Source: Callorhinchus milii | Taxonomy: Eukaryota | Assembly: GCF_018977255.1 (NCBI RefSeq) | Contig: NW_024704743.1 | Location: 64,110,001-64,174,000, forward strand | Direction of reading: 5' to 3' | Length of the DNA: 64,000 bases | Part shown: positions 12,456 through 26,090 of the stretch, piece after piece | How positions within the stretch are numbered: position 1 is the first letter of the stretch | Layout of the letters: every line of letters starts with the position of its first letter | Notes under the pieces: model-generated | Told to the model about the DNA's origin: nothing | Databases searched by the model: none | The model's input: only the letters and a program-made list of their open reading frames with translations | Translations under genes and position numbers: made by a program

Positions 12456-14437
12456 TTAAAATTGGTAAAACCTTCTGCTGAGTCTGTATAATATGTCTGG
12501 AGTACACTACTCCCATGTTACAGGCAGAAGCAAATAAAATAACACTTATTTAAAACCACTTTCACTGTATTTCAAACCCCATGCAGCAATAACAGTGATA
12601 AACTGATCTATGTGTTGTGTTGTATTATACCATAGATATGAAAAGATTCTAATTCAATTTTGAGAGGTTTCATTAACCACACAAACAAAACACCATTGAT
12701 CAGTTTATGAATGTTAACTGATTTAAGAATCGATATGGAAAGTGAGATTAATATAAAAAGATTAAACTTTTTTTTGGTGAGTTGTAAGTCCGATATATGA
12801 AGAAACCCATCACCATGCTTAAGAGATTCTGAACCAAAACTACAATAGTTTCACATATGCACGTATGTATGGTTTCTAGTTTTTTGTTATGGATTATGCA
12901 ATCTCTCTCTGGAGAGAGGCAGCCTGGAGTAGAAATGGCACAGACATGATGTGCTGAATGGCCTCCTTCTATGCTGAAAATATCTATGCTACTGTGTGTA
13001 ACTGTCATTTCTAGTTATTTTATATGATTTATGTTTTGTCTCGTATTTTAAGCAGCAGTTCACTACTTACATTTGCTGCTGCACAGCACACTATCTGCTG
13101 CGGTTGCGTGACTTTAATCTAGTGAGATGTGGTGGTACGATTTTATATTTCGAAATGATGTATTTATGCACGGTGATTTAGGTTCACAGGACATCAGTGA
13201 AGGAACACATGAAATGTACTGGATAATTTAATTAACAGCCATCAATAAACTTCACATTTTGAGCTGTTTATTGTATTAGATTAATGTGTGCCAGCACTGC
13301 TCAAAAGGAATCACATGGTGGACTGTTGCTCACTCACATTCCTTCTGGTTTCCTGGTTAAATTACGGTTGTGCCTCACTACATTTATACAAATGTAATTT
13401 TGTTGTTGTTCTAAACTAAAATAAAGAGTGTTGCAGTTTCAGAAAGGATTTTTACTTTAATAGAGCAAAAATAATAATTGGATTTCTGTATATTATTTAT
13501 TGGGATATCAGGAAGATTCTAAAATACAACAATGCAAAAGCAAGGACATAGCTGGTTGTAAAATTTTAATAAAAAATAAGCCTTGCTTTTTTGATATAAT
13601 GCCACAGCAACAATTGCAACAACTTGCATTTATCTAGCTGCCCAGACAGCCTCTGAATGATGCATAGGGAATAAAAAATAGTACTGTTTAGCCACAAGTT
13701 TATTCTGTAATTCTATCATGGCGTTTGCAGTTGTTACAGTGTGCCCTTAATATTATAAGACATCTTCAGACTCTATGCAGTCATAAACAATATTTTATCA
13801 CTGACCCCCACTGAAAAGATAGATACGGTATTGATTGATGTAAATTTTCAGTATTTGCATTGATCCAGTATTTGGGGTAGAATAACATAGCATGAAAGTG
13901 CGAGTGAAAGAGTTACGACTAGAATGGATTTCATTTCAATAACTGCTTATTTTTGAATAATTAAAAGCACTGTTAGAAAATCTTTACCTAACTGTAGCCA
14001 TTTATCTAGAACTCCATTATCTAGCTGAGCATCCCAGGTCTGTGAAGCTATCAGTAACAATAAAGAGGCTCAAAATTACACCTAGTTTTAGTTTATAAGA
14101 CTATTTTGTCTTAAAATTTTATATTGCGCAAAATTATAGAAAATTCCTTTTTCATTTGGAAGCTGGTTCTTTTTAAGAAATGCATAAAAAATAATTTCTA
14201 AATCAGACTGAATTTGAATTGTATTCATAATTCAGCACTATTCTGCTTGCTTCCATTGATCCATCTCAGAAAAGATGAGATAATGTAGTTTGGGAAATTC
14301 TGCAATTATTGGAGGATCCAATGTGACTAATTGCATTTAATATGTTTTTTTTGTATCAGATTCCACTGTAAAGCCTATACATTTTTATGTTGGCAAAAAT
14401 ATGAAGAAAAGCATGACACAAATCGTACATCAGTGAC

Positions 14438-14790
14438 CTGTGTGCCTTCAGCCACTCTGCCCCCACCCTCTGGAATTCCATCCCGCAATCCCTCCACCTT
14501 GCCCCCTCCCTTGCCTCTTTCAAGACCCATTTCAAGACCTTCCTCTTTGACCGTGCTTTCGATCACCCTCCTTCCTCGTAAGCAATTCCTTCACCTTCCT
14601 TTAGTACACCATAGTCCTCCGAGATGGACTTAGTCAGGTCAGCAACGAGCGGAATCTGCATTCGATTCCCTGCCCTCCACCTTCCCCAATCCCGACCCCC
14701 AGCTTTGGTCTGAACCACTGACTGTCCAGCAGCTTGGGACGTCCTCACGACGTGAAAGGCGCTTTACAAATGTCATTTTGTTGTTTTGGT
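14438..14790 (+). mobile_element. L2 LINE 3' end
   Basis: gccttcagccactctgcccccaccctctggaattcc; tail gggacgtcctcacgacgtgaaaggcgc. Confidence 0.82.
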
Positions 14791-15199
14791 AATTAAAGGA
14801 TGGCGCTCAGTGCCAGAATGGAAATGGGCATGTTTTCATATGCACTCATGTGAGTTGGGCTGGCCTGAACTAAATGCAACAGCCTTTTCCAGCATAATAA
14901 CCTCTGCGATCACCTGGAAATGGCCATGTTTGGGAAACATTGCTGGGGAGCGGACCATCATTTAGCATCTTATCCAAAGAGCGGTACCCCTGGCAATGCA
15001 GTATGCCCCACTACTGCATTGCAATGTTAGTTTAGACTCTAAGTTCAAAGTCCTGACGTGGAGCTTTTGACTAGTATGCAAGAATGCTACCAACTGAGCC
15101 AAGCTGACACTAAACCATTCACCTAACCATCAGATAGCTTTCAAACCACTATTCGCTTGTTATACAAATATAGGAATTCAAGAGCAATGCACATCAGCA

Positions 15200-16220
15200 C
15201 ACCACATTCACATCTCCCTCTGCTCTGAACACCTCATCCTAGGGGACTTCACCCCCTCGTGCTCTACCTCTGCTGACCTCTCCTCCCTCCTCTCCTCCCA
15301 CAACCTATCCCTCTACATCCACTTCGCCATCACATCCATGGTCACCCCCTCGACCTGGTGATCACCTCAGGCCTCACCGTCTCGGACCTCACCATCACTA
15401 ATAAAGCCATCTCTAATCACCACTTCATCTCCTTTAACACCTTTGTTCCCCTTTCCCCCTACTCAACCCACTTCTGTCACCTACCGCCCTTGGAAAAAAT
15501 CTCCTCCCACTCCCTCTCCGCTGCCCTGTAGTCACCCAAACTCTTGCCTCTCTGGCCCCCCTCTCATAATGATCTACACTCCTCGATCTCTCCTCCACAA
15601 CTCCCCCTTCTCCATCTTTGACTCTCTTGCCCTCCTCACCTCACAAAACGCCTCATATTCCCGTAAGTCACCCTGGAACACCAGCCATCTCTGATCCTTC
15701 AAGGCACAAGTGCGTACCACCGAACACACCTGGATCAAATCAAACCTAACAGTCCATTGGCACATCTAGCTTGACCACACTAAGACCTAACACTCTGCCC
15801 TCCCCTCTGCCAAATCATCCTTTTACTCCAAGATAATCTTGGTGGCCAAGGACAATCCCAGCCTCCTCTTCTCCATTAACCGCCTCCCCCATCCATCTTC
15901 CCATGCCTCGCCCATTCTCTTCTCCAATTCCAACTGCGAGGAGATGTTGGAATTCCTCGAATCCAAAATTGAGGGGATTTGTTCGGTTACCTCTCCTTAT
16001 CCACTGGCACTGTTCCCACCCCCCTAAAAACAGCTGTCATCACCCCCATCCTCAAAAAACCTTCCCTGGACCCATCCCTACTCTCCAACTATCGCCCCAT
16101 CTCCAACTTCCCATTCCTCTCCAAGGCCTTGGAATGTGTCGTTGCATCCCAGCTTTGCACTTTCCTCTCCCATCATTCCCTCTTTGAACCCCTCCAATCG
16201 GGTTTTCGTGCTGCCCACAT
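15200..16220 (+). mobile_element. L2 LINE ORF2 fragment (endonuclease to start of RT, internally deleted)
   Basis: LILGDF and HGHPLDLVIT endonuclease motifs; KTAVITPILKKPSLDPSLLSNYRPISNFPFLSKALE...QSGFRAAH RT motif. Confidence 0.88.
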
Positions 16221-16519
16221 CTCCAATGTGTTTTTTTTATCATTTGTCTCCAATGCGTTTTTTGCAGAATTTTGATCTGTATCTACCGAATAAGAAGGAT
16301 TATGGGATACATTTTTTCAATCTTCACTTTGTACATTTCAGAGAGTACATTGCAGAGAGTAAAACAAACATAGGAGGTTGGATTCTAGAAATTCATCCCA
16401 GTTCCTTCATTTTCATCCATAAGTGTATTAACCCATTTTATTAAAGTTATTTTTGAAGTTTGGTATTAGAGTCTGAAAAGAGTGCCAAATTCTTTGACTG
16501 AATCAAATTTAAAATTGTT

Positions 16520-16715
16520 ATAATAATCCCTGCATTTGATATAGCGCTTTTCACGTCTTCTAGACATCTCAAAGCGCTTTCACAGAATATACTGTAAAAT
16601 GAATTGACTGTATAGTTGTGGGCGAAACACGGCAGCCAATTGCACACAGCAGTGTCCCAAAAACAGTCGTGGATTGAGTGAACAATTTTTAATTATTTTT
16701 TTCTTGAGGGATTAT
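16520..16715 (-). mobile_element. 5'-truncated SINE
   Basis: Same tail and Deu motif on the minus strand. Confidence 0.8.
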
Positions 16716-18090
16716 AGGATTTAATATAAAGCAGTGAACAAAAAGCAGTCATCTTACCATCACATTGTGATATTTCAGTTTTACGTTATGTGAATTTGCA
16801 AAGCAGTATGTCACTGTTTTAAATGCTTTCAGTCATTTTGTACTGGATTAAATTAACTGTTCTTGGTGATGTATGAAATGCCCGTAAAAGGCTGAATACA
16901 ATGACTAAATCAGCTGGCTTCATTCTTTAGAAATGTAACATAACATCTGAGCTCAGGAAACTGCAGCTGTATTTTATTTGCTATTTGTCTCCAATGCATT
17001 TTCTAATTAGCAAATGAATTTATATGTTGCTAATTGAATTGTTACAAAGAGACAGCTGTGGGCCCCAGATGTCCAAAATTCATATGTGCTTCTTTCTGAG
17101 GAGGCCACTGCAGCCACTGACAAATTGATTTAACCAGAGTGCTTTGCCTTCAGGGAGTTGCACACTGTGCTGTCATTGTAAATGATTGCAGCCCTGTGCA
17201 CTTGAAACAGTGTTTACTTTATAATTGCTGAGTGTATGCCCCTTCCAATATGGATTCAAAAGTTACACTTTAATGGTAGTACTCAGGCTTTTTCCATATT
17301 TTGAACAGTTGAATGCTTTTACATACTCGTAATATACTCTAGGCAGAAAATTGTAAGATTACAGTACTACAGTGTAAAATTAAATATCATTAGTTTTTCA
17401 AATTATTTGATGTGACATAGCTGAGAAGGTTTATCATACATTGTTTGTTTCTAAGATTGGCCATTTTAAGAAGAATATTGATTGCTGTCCCCTTTCAAAG
17501 GGAATTGACTGATGAGCAAAGAAAGGAAATATAAATTCATACAAACTTAATGTTAGAACCGTGTAGCAACAGAGAAGGTCTCGCTGTCACATTAAAAGTA
17601 TATTATCTGAGAATTTACAGTTTGAACTATTTGGTCCAATAATAATAATAAAAATTCTTGCATTTGATATAATGACTTACCACATCGCCAAAACGTCTCA
17701 ACTGCTTTACAGGATATGCTATAAAATGGTGTGATTGTGTATTTTGTGGGCAAAAATATGCCCAACTTTTCACAGTCTGCTGACCAATTAAATCTTTAAA
17801 GCAGATGTTATAATTTTGTTCACTAACGTCCGTTGGTATGCATTGCTGAGTTACACATTGTGGACTCCACTGCCTAGTCACACAAGTGTGAAAAGGTTTA
17901 AAGATATACTAAGTGCTATAATAAAAATTGAGGTTGACAATGATTTTTCCCCTCCACAATAATAGGAATCACAACGAGTTACCAATAAATCAGACCAAGA
18001 CTCCAACCTTACATTATTACATTGGTCTTTATTTCTAAACAGAAATCAAGATGATAATCAGATCATTTACTGCAACTGGCAGCAAAAGGT

Positions 18091-18787
18091 AAATAATAAT
18101 AACAATAATAATCTTTATACTGTATTTGGTATAGTGCCTTTCATGTTAGAAGGATGTCCCAAAGCGCTTTATAGGATATAATATAAAGTACAGTAACTGT
18201 ATGATTTAGGTGTTTTGTGGCCAATTTGCGCAGAGCAATGTCCCACAAACAATAAATGACCAATTTTTATTTGGGAGATTGTTGGTCAGGAGAAACTTAT
18301 TTCCCTTTTCAACAACAACAACAACAAAATTACATTTGTAAAGTGTCTTTCTTTCACGTTAGGAGGGACTGCGGAATGGAGTTCCAGAGGGTGGGGGCAG
18401 AGTGGCGGAAGGTCCACCCGCCAATAATGCCATCTTTAACTTACAGCTGAACAGACAGACAGGGCCTCAGGTTAATGTGTCACCTGAAGGACGGCACCTC
18501 CAACAATGAAGCACACCTGCAGCACTGCATTGAAGTGTCATCATAGGAGTCCTGTAGCTCAGTGGTTGGCTCCTGCGTTTCGCCCATAAAATATACAGTC
18601 AATTCACTTTACAGTCTATTCTGTGAAGTGCTTTGAGACATCTAGAAGATGTGAAAAGCGCTATAACAAATGCAAGGATTATTATTATTATCTTAGAGTA
18701 TATGAGTTCCAAGTCCTGATATGGGGCTTGAACCCACAACCTTTGAACTCAGAGACAAGAGTGCTACCAACTGAGCCAGGCTGACAC
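18091..18787 (-). mobile_element. Older Deu-SINE interrupted by an L2 3' piece (18311-18422) and a young SINE (18546-18691, +)
   Basis: Host sequence resumes on both sides of each insert when compared with the 46905-47293 copy. Confidence 0.8.
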
Positions 18788-19499
18788 ACGGCTATTGAAT
18801 GGCTATTGAAATACTGAATATCATATCTAGGAAATTGACTGTTGAGCGTTCACATTTTTTTGCTACTGTGAGGAGCAAAGAATGACATTTTGGTAATTGT
18901 AGGATTACAGCTGACAGAATGGAGGGTTAACCAGCGGACAATGGCAAAATCCTGCCATTGTTGGGCAGCACAGCAAGTTCTTTATCTTGCACAAGACTAC
19001 GCTGTTCCTGATTGCGAACCTTTGTGGGTGTGCCTCAGCAAATAGGGAAAAGTATTCCATTTTGTCCCAATGTCATTTTCCATTTTGATGAGAACAACAA
19101 CAAGATTACAAGATTACATTTGTATAGTGCCTTTCACGTCAGGAAGACATCCCAAGGCGCTGGGAACAAACATTCATGTCAAGAATATTTTAAATAAAAC
19201 TTCCCTCAAAAATAAAGGACAGAAATCATTGTGTTGGGGGTGAATCTGTAATACAAGATTGAACTTTACTTTTAAAATTTTTGATATTTTGAGGCTTCCT
19301 TCTTTTAAAAGTAAAACTACATGCATTCTATAGCTTCTTATCAAGTTTAAATGACTCAAAATGCTTTACTGGTATTTATTGTCAAGTAGAGTTGTTTGAT
19401 GTTTGTAGCCAAACGCAGCGATTATTTATGTCAGCAAGACCATTTAATCTGGAGGATTGTTGGCCAGGATGCCAGGAAAAAACTCCTTTTTCTTTTTGA

Positions 19500-19968
19500 A
19501 TTGTCTCATGATAGACTTGATCAGAAACTTTGCCGCCCTTATACTCACCCGCACTAAATCCTTACCCCCATTTGTAGCCAGGCTCCACTGGCTCTCTCTC
19601 ACCGAACAGATCGATTTTAAGATCCTTACACTCATCTTCAAATCTTTTCTTGCCCTACCTCTCCGACCTGCTTAGTCCTCAACCCACTGCTTCTGCTTGA
19701 ACTGGCTCTGGCCTCCTGCTTGTGCCTCCTGACCGGTGTTCCACGTTTGGCCGTGTTTCAGCCACTATGCCCCGAAACTCTGGAACACTTCCTCTATCCC
19801 TCTGTCTTGCCTCCCTCCCCCACATCTTCAGGTTGCTCCTGAAGACCTTCCCCTTCGACCATGCCTACGGTCACCTCCCTCTGGCTCGACGTTGTGATCC
19901 ATCACTGTCAAGCTCTCTGGGACACTACCCTATGTGAGAGGTGCTCTATAAGTGCAAATTGTTGTTCA
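19500..19968 (+). mobile_element. L2 LINE 3' fragment
   Basis: ARLHWLSLTEQIDFKILTLIFKS; L2 tail. Confidence 0.8.
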
Positions 19969-20339
19969 TGAGATCTTCAATGTTCCCCCTAAACAGGCAG
20001 ACCATTTTGTAGTCCTGTAGCCTGGTAACACAATCCATATCTGCTGTTGTATGAAATTTAAAATGAAATTCAATTTACAGTTTCACTGTTGGATTTTGGC
20101 AGATGGTACAATGTTAAACTGCCACCAGGTTACATCATTTCTATAAAGGATATAAAGAGCTAATTGTGTGTCATTTGTCTGGAGACACTGAACAGCTGGT
20201 AGCGAGTTTGAAACATTTAAAATCAGTTTTGATGATTCATTGTAGTTTTTTTATACTTTAGGAATGATATATGAGTGTGCAACCTCAAGATTGAATACGT
20301 AAAAATCAAGTTCAGATCCAACTTTGACACATGATGTAT

Positions 20340-20703
20340 TTATCTAGTTCAAGTCCCAACATCCCTGCATTTGATGATACTCCAATGCAGCGCTGGGGGT
20401 GGGGGGGGGGGGGGTGGTGTATTGTTGGAGGTGCTGTCCTTCGGATGAGAATTTAAACTGAGGCCCTGTCTGCCTCTTCAAGTGTATGTTAAAGATCTCA
20501 TGGCACTATTCGAAAAGAGAAAGGAATTTCTCCTGGTATTCTGGTCAACAATCCCCAAATAAGTTGGTCACTTGTTTCATAGATGCTTGTGGGACATTGC
20601 TGTGTGCAGTTTTGCCTACAAATGCACATTTCACAGTAATACCTGTGAAGCACTTTGAGACATCCTTCCGATGTGATAAGCCGCCATACCAAATAATAAT
20701 AAT
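20340..20703 (+). mobile_element. Older Deu-SINE
   Basis: ggaggtgctgtccttcggatgagaatttaaactgaggccctgtctgcc Deu core; internal poly-G. Confidence 0.78.
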
Positions 20704-20710
20704 ATAGTAG

Positions 20711-21050
20711 TAATCCTTGCATTTTTTAAAGTGCCTTATCACGTAGCTGAAACGTCCCAAAGCGCTTCATAGAATATACTCTAAAGTGAATCGCCCGTAT
20801 ATTTTGTGGGCGAAACACATCAGCCAATTGCATACAGCGATCATGGATTGAATAACCCAACTTTTTTAAAGGGATTATTACTCCTGGAAAGTGATCACCA
20901 ATCGACTAACAACCGGGTTCCTACTTATTGGTAGATAAACAGAAGCATGCGGAGTAAACAAATGTGCCTCAGGTTTTGCCTCGTCTGGGAATTTAACCCA
21001 GATCCTTCGCTTGTAAGGCTGGTGCTTTAACTAATATGTTGCAGGATTCC
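20711..21050 (-). mobile_element. Young-family SINE, tail-to-tail with the preceding SINE
   Basis: taatccttgcattt tail; degenerate tRNA head at about 20980-21050. Confidence 0.75.
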
Positions 21051-23399
21051 ACGCAAGGGCTATTATTAGATGCACTGCTGATTTGCTATCAGACAGTTTA
21101 AGAAGGCAGTGATTGCTATAATTCTCATACACACCACACAACCACACACAATGGCCCTGAAAACCTGAGTTGTTTTTTAAATTAAAAATGCCTTTTAAAA
21201 AACATATATATGATGGTTTTGTCCATCTTGAGATTTTATTACTTCTTAATTTTATTTAGAAGATTTGCACTGGCAATGATTGGACTATTGGTTTGAAAGG
21301 TTTAATGGGACTTTCGGAGGAAGGTGATATCCAGTTAAAGATGATTGTTGCTTTTATGACTGTATCTCTGCCATAACAGTCTCAGTGACTCCTTCAAGCC
21401 AATGCCCCTGGTGTTTTAATCAGCAGATGGTTTGACCAAGAGGAATCAAAATAATTCAAACAAAATGCAGAGAACAAAATAATATTAATCATTATCATTA
21501 ATGCAACTTTATTTTGTTTATATGTCTCTCTTTTTAACCTCCTTTTAACCAAGGCAACTAATACAGTATATTGGATTTCAAAAAACAGTGAAGGGTACAG
21601 TTATCGACTTTCACCTTGTAAATGCTACTGAGTTTACTCATCGCCCGAATCTCCTTCCTAGTTTCAAAATTAATAGCATATCTATGAGCCAATGTCCAGA
21701 GTTTGTCTTTTCAATGGCTGAAAATATACAATATCTAAAACTGTTTTTTAATCAAAAAGTATAAAATAATAATAAAACTCTTTGCATTTGATAAATCGCC
21801 TTTCGTGTGGATGTCTCAAAGCACTTCACGGGTTAATTGTAAAGTGTTGTACTGTAGACAAATGCGGTAGCCAATTTGCTCACAGAACTGACCTACAAAT
21901 AGCTGTGAAATGAATGACTAATTTTATATATAATATAATAATAATCCTTGCATTTGATATAGTGCGTTTCACTATCGGGGGGATTGTTGCTCAGGACACT
22001 GGAAGAAGCTCCCTTCTGTTTTTTCAAATAATCCTTTTGGATCTTTATCTTCCACATGAACAGACAAATGGGACCTTGGTTTAATATCTGACCCGAAAGA
22101 CAGCATCTCTATCAGTGCAGCACACCTCCGAGTGTCAACCTAGATAGCTCGATGCCAGTGCAGCTGAGAAAGGGTCAGGTTGATGAGCTCACTGAGCTTG
22201 GTACAGGAGAGGGCACAGGCTGTAGAGTTCTGGATCCTCTCACTAGTTTTCAAATCCTTTCATACCCTCTCACCTCCCTACCTTTCCGATTTGCTTACAC
22301 CCCACTCCCCCACCCGCTGCCTCTGCTCGGCTGGCTCCGTCTTCCTGTATCCCTCGCCCCCTCCTGTGCATCCCTTGCCCCCTCCGCTGCACCATCAGTG
22401 GCTGTGCCTTTAACCACTACACTCCAAAACTCTGGAACTCCCTCCCTCTGCCTTGATAATCTACATTTAGTTCCTGTATCTAGATAGAACTGGCACAGGT
22501 CAGAGATGGGTGCTGCTATCTCTATAGAATGAGGTTTACACTGTACCAAGCCACAACTATTCTACAGCAACGGGAAGCATGCGGTTTTATATCTGAATAG
22601 CTTTAGTGTGAGGTTTTCCGATATGAATTCCATTCCGGAGTGCAATCTGCACCATTCCAAAGAGGCACTTGTTCTGTAAACGGTGTGTCAAATGTTATTG
22701 CTATCAGTAATCATCAAAAATTAACATTTCTGCCTCTTGTGAAATAATTGTTTTATTTGTTCTCTGTTACTAAGTAGTTATACTGCTTAAGTATAATTTT
22801 CTATCATTGAACTTGAGACCATTGCTATATGAACTAACTAACTACATGCTGATTGCTGACACTATCGAGAGTTTCATCTCCATTATTGCATTTGTCAAAT
22901 ATGACAAGTACAATAATCCATGTGGTGAAAAATACGGCACTGTTAGATTATTGAAGTAATTGAAATGCTGACATTTTAGTAAAGGTTTCAAGATACTGGC
23001 AATAAATTACTGCTGTGGATGAATGAAAGGATGAGAAAAAATAATACTCTCTTCACTGAGGTCTAAGCAGCATGTTTGAAATATGACAGAATGGGAACAG
23101 GGAACATTTATTTGGAAAGCTTTCATGCTGATTTTGGCTTATGTTATTGCAATTCATATTTCCTTCAATCATGAAATTCTGATGGTACAAACCATATTAT
23201 TAGAAGCGAATGAAAAGTCTTAAAAAAATGCAATAGCTTGTTAACTAAACTTGCACCTGTTACAATATTTAATCTTCTACATAGCTATAAATTTAGTAGA
23301 GTTACAGATTACTAAAATAACACGTTTTGCAAATTGTAAGACATTTATTTTTTGTAAAGCCTGTTAAAGTGTGTTGGTCAGAAGAACGGGGTCTGCAAC

Positions 23400-23960
23400 A
23401 TAAATTCACAAATGGTACAGCTCAGAAATAGGCTATTCCAGTCTGTGATTTACACTTGACACAAGTGCCTATCCTAGATCCTATCCCTACCCACCCATCC
23501 CCCACCACCACCGCTCTGTGTGAAAAACGTACCTCCTAATCTTGTTCTGGACTCGTAGTTCTGATTTTAAAACTATGCTGTCTAGTTCTAGGCCCCCTGA
23601 TCCCCAGAAATAATATTTTCTTTCCATCCTGCCTAATCCTCCCATTGGTCTACATACCTCTATCATATTCCCTCTCAGCCTTCTGAGCTCCAAAGAAAAA
23701 AACTCAAGTTTATCAAGCCTATCCCTGTAACTGTATTTCCTCATTCCAGGCAACATCCTGGTGAATCTCCTCTGCATCATCCACAGCACTTTTTGCAGCC
23801 AATAATCCAAATAATCCCAGCATCCTTTGACCATCGGTTTGTACAAATTCAACATCACCTCGTTATCCCTATATTCTCTTCCCCTAGCCACAAATCCCAA
23901 GGTCCCATTGGCATTTTAAATGACATTTTCCACCTGCATTCAGTGACCCATGAATGCGTT
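23400..23960 (-). mobile_element. CR1 LINE 3' fragment
   Basis: VMLNLYKPMV...QRRFTRMLPGMRKYSYRDRLDKLEFFSLELRRLRGNMIEV. Confidence 0.88.
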
Positions 23961-24275
23961 CTCCTAGATCCCTCTATTCTTTTTTTCATTGAACTCCATC
24001 TGCCAATTGTCTTCAACCATCCTATCAATATTTACCTGTATTTTATGAATAAATAATGATAGATTTTAGAATTTATCAATAAATTGGAGAGTTTCTTTAA
24101 GAATTCTCAGATAGTGATTTTTGTCTCCTTAAAATTAATTTAGCTCAGTTGATTTTCTTGTAAATTGGTGTTAAAAATCCATTGAAATATATAAATGCAA
24201 GTTGTTATTATGCTGCTTTTGTACTGTTTTGAATTTTGAGACATTTTGTCAACCGGTATCTAATATAATAGATGC

Positions 24276-24865
24276 AACAACAACAACAACAACAAGATTC
24301 CATTTATAAAGCGCCTTTCACGTCAGGAGGACGTCCCAAGGCGCTGCACAGTTGGGTCATGACCCGAGCAGGGGGGAAATGGTCAGAGTGAGGGGAGGGA
24401 AGGGAGGGAGCGAGGAGGGGGAAATGGTCAGGGTGAGGGGAGGGAAGGGAGGGAGCGAGGAGCGGGGAAATGGTCAGGGTGAGGGGAGGGAAGGGAGGGA
24501 GCGAGGAGGGGGAAGAGAGTCGAGAGGGGAGCTGAAGGCACGGTCAAAGAGAAAGGTTTTGAGACCGGCCTTGAAGGAGGAAAGGGAGGAAGCGGCGAAG
24601 GCACTGGGGGATGGAGTTCCAGAGCCTCGGGGCTGAGAGGCTGAAGGCCCGAACACCGATGGTAGGGCGGTTGGGGCGGGGGACGTGGAGCAGACCGGAG
24701 CCGGAGGAACGGAGGGTACGGGCAGGTAGGTAGGGGGATAGTAGGTTGGAGAGGTAGGAGGGAGCGAGGCCGTGAATGGCCTTGTAGGTGAGGATGAGGA
24801 TCTTGAAATCAATCCTCTGGGGGATGGGGAGCCAGTGGAGGCGAGCGAGGGTGGGAGTGATGTGG
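24276..24865 (-). mobile_element. Young, CpG-rich L2 LINE 3' end with an internal tandem repeat of about 45 bp
   Basis: HITPTLARLHWLPIPQRIDFKILILTYKAIHGLAPSYLSNLL; (AAC)n tail on the + strand. Confidence 0.9.
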
Positions 24866-26090
24866 AAACATCTTAGTGATGGTTTTTGAGTTACCACTGT
24901 TTGAATCATCTTGATTGATAAATCAATTTTGTATCTTGATTATTATGAAAGCATCTTAAATGCTTATTATGAATATATATTCACTGGTTATCGGCACACA
25001 TTCACTGGTACATTGGTAACTCACTTTATAGGTGTTTGTGGTACAATGCTTTGGGCAAATTAACTGCCAGGTTTGCCTACGAATATCCAGCCACTACATT
25101 ACAAAGAAAATCTTGTGAAATGCTTTGAGACATCTCGATGACGTGAAAAGAGGCTATGTCAAATACAAGAATTATTTATTATTATTACATATCCTTTTTA
25201 TTTCACTGACTGATGAATAACATCTATGGTTACTCCTTAACAAATGGTCATATGGCCTATTGGTTTCAGAATGAAAAAAAAGTAGAAAAAAAAACAATGC
25301 ATTTTCTAAAAATGTAAAATGCTTTTTGTAGCTTAGTTCTTTAGCCATTAGGAAAATTCAGCAAGCTGGCAGTAATTTACTTGTAACTGTGAATTTATTA
25401 TGCGATGCACATCTTTGTGTCATAAGCTTAAAAAAAAAGTCTTTATCCAGCACCTTAAACCAACCACTACCCAAGGCAACCCTCAGAAATAGACACCTGT
25501 TATTTATCCACCCTATATTTATGACAACAGTAAATAATAGAGCAAAGCAAATTATTGTTGTTAGAAACCGTCAAACCTCCCCTTTCTTTTTTTGTATTAT
25601 TGTCAAGAATCGAATCTATGACCCTGCATATACCAAACACAGAAATCTTTTCTCCACAAAGTGATCCAGCCAGACATGATAAGGGTCCGTTGCTCTTTTT
25701 CTTTTTCCATTTTAGGATTGTAAATTGGAGAAAATAATTCTGTATACAGTATTTATAATGCGGCATAGGTATTACCCAATACATTTCTTTTTAACATGGT
25801 GGGACTTGAGGAAAATATTATTTGACAATTTGTTTTTGTGATAAGCTCTTCTATATTTTTGTCCTCTTCTGGATCTCCTCACAGCACCACACTCGGTACC
25901 TTGACTAAGAAGATGTGCCTTTGACTGTGCTGTTCTGTAGCTGGCTCTTTGAGTGTATTCAACGGCAGTACTGAGTTGCTCACTACCAATGCTCCCGTCC
26001 TCTTTTTGAGGAGTGGGAGACTCTGGGGTTTCACTGCTGGTAGGACTGACAGTGAGAATGTCACTTAAGGGGGCAATTCATCTCCTACTC

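Noticed and set aside
13040..13390. Homeodomain-motif-rich, enhancer-like non-repetitive stretch (similar at about 4390-4520)
   Set aside because: Cannot be told from AT-rich background without cross-species alignment
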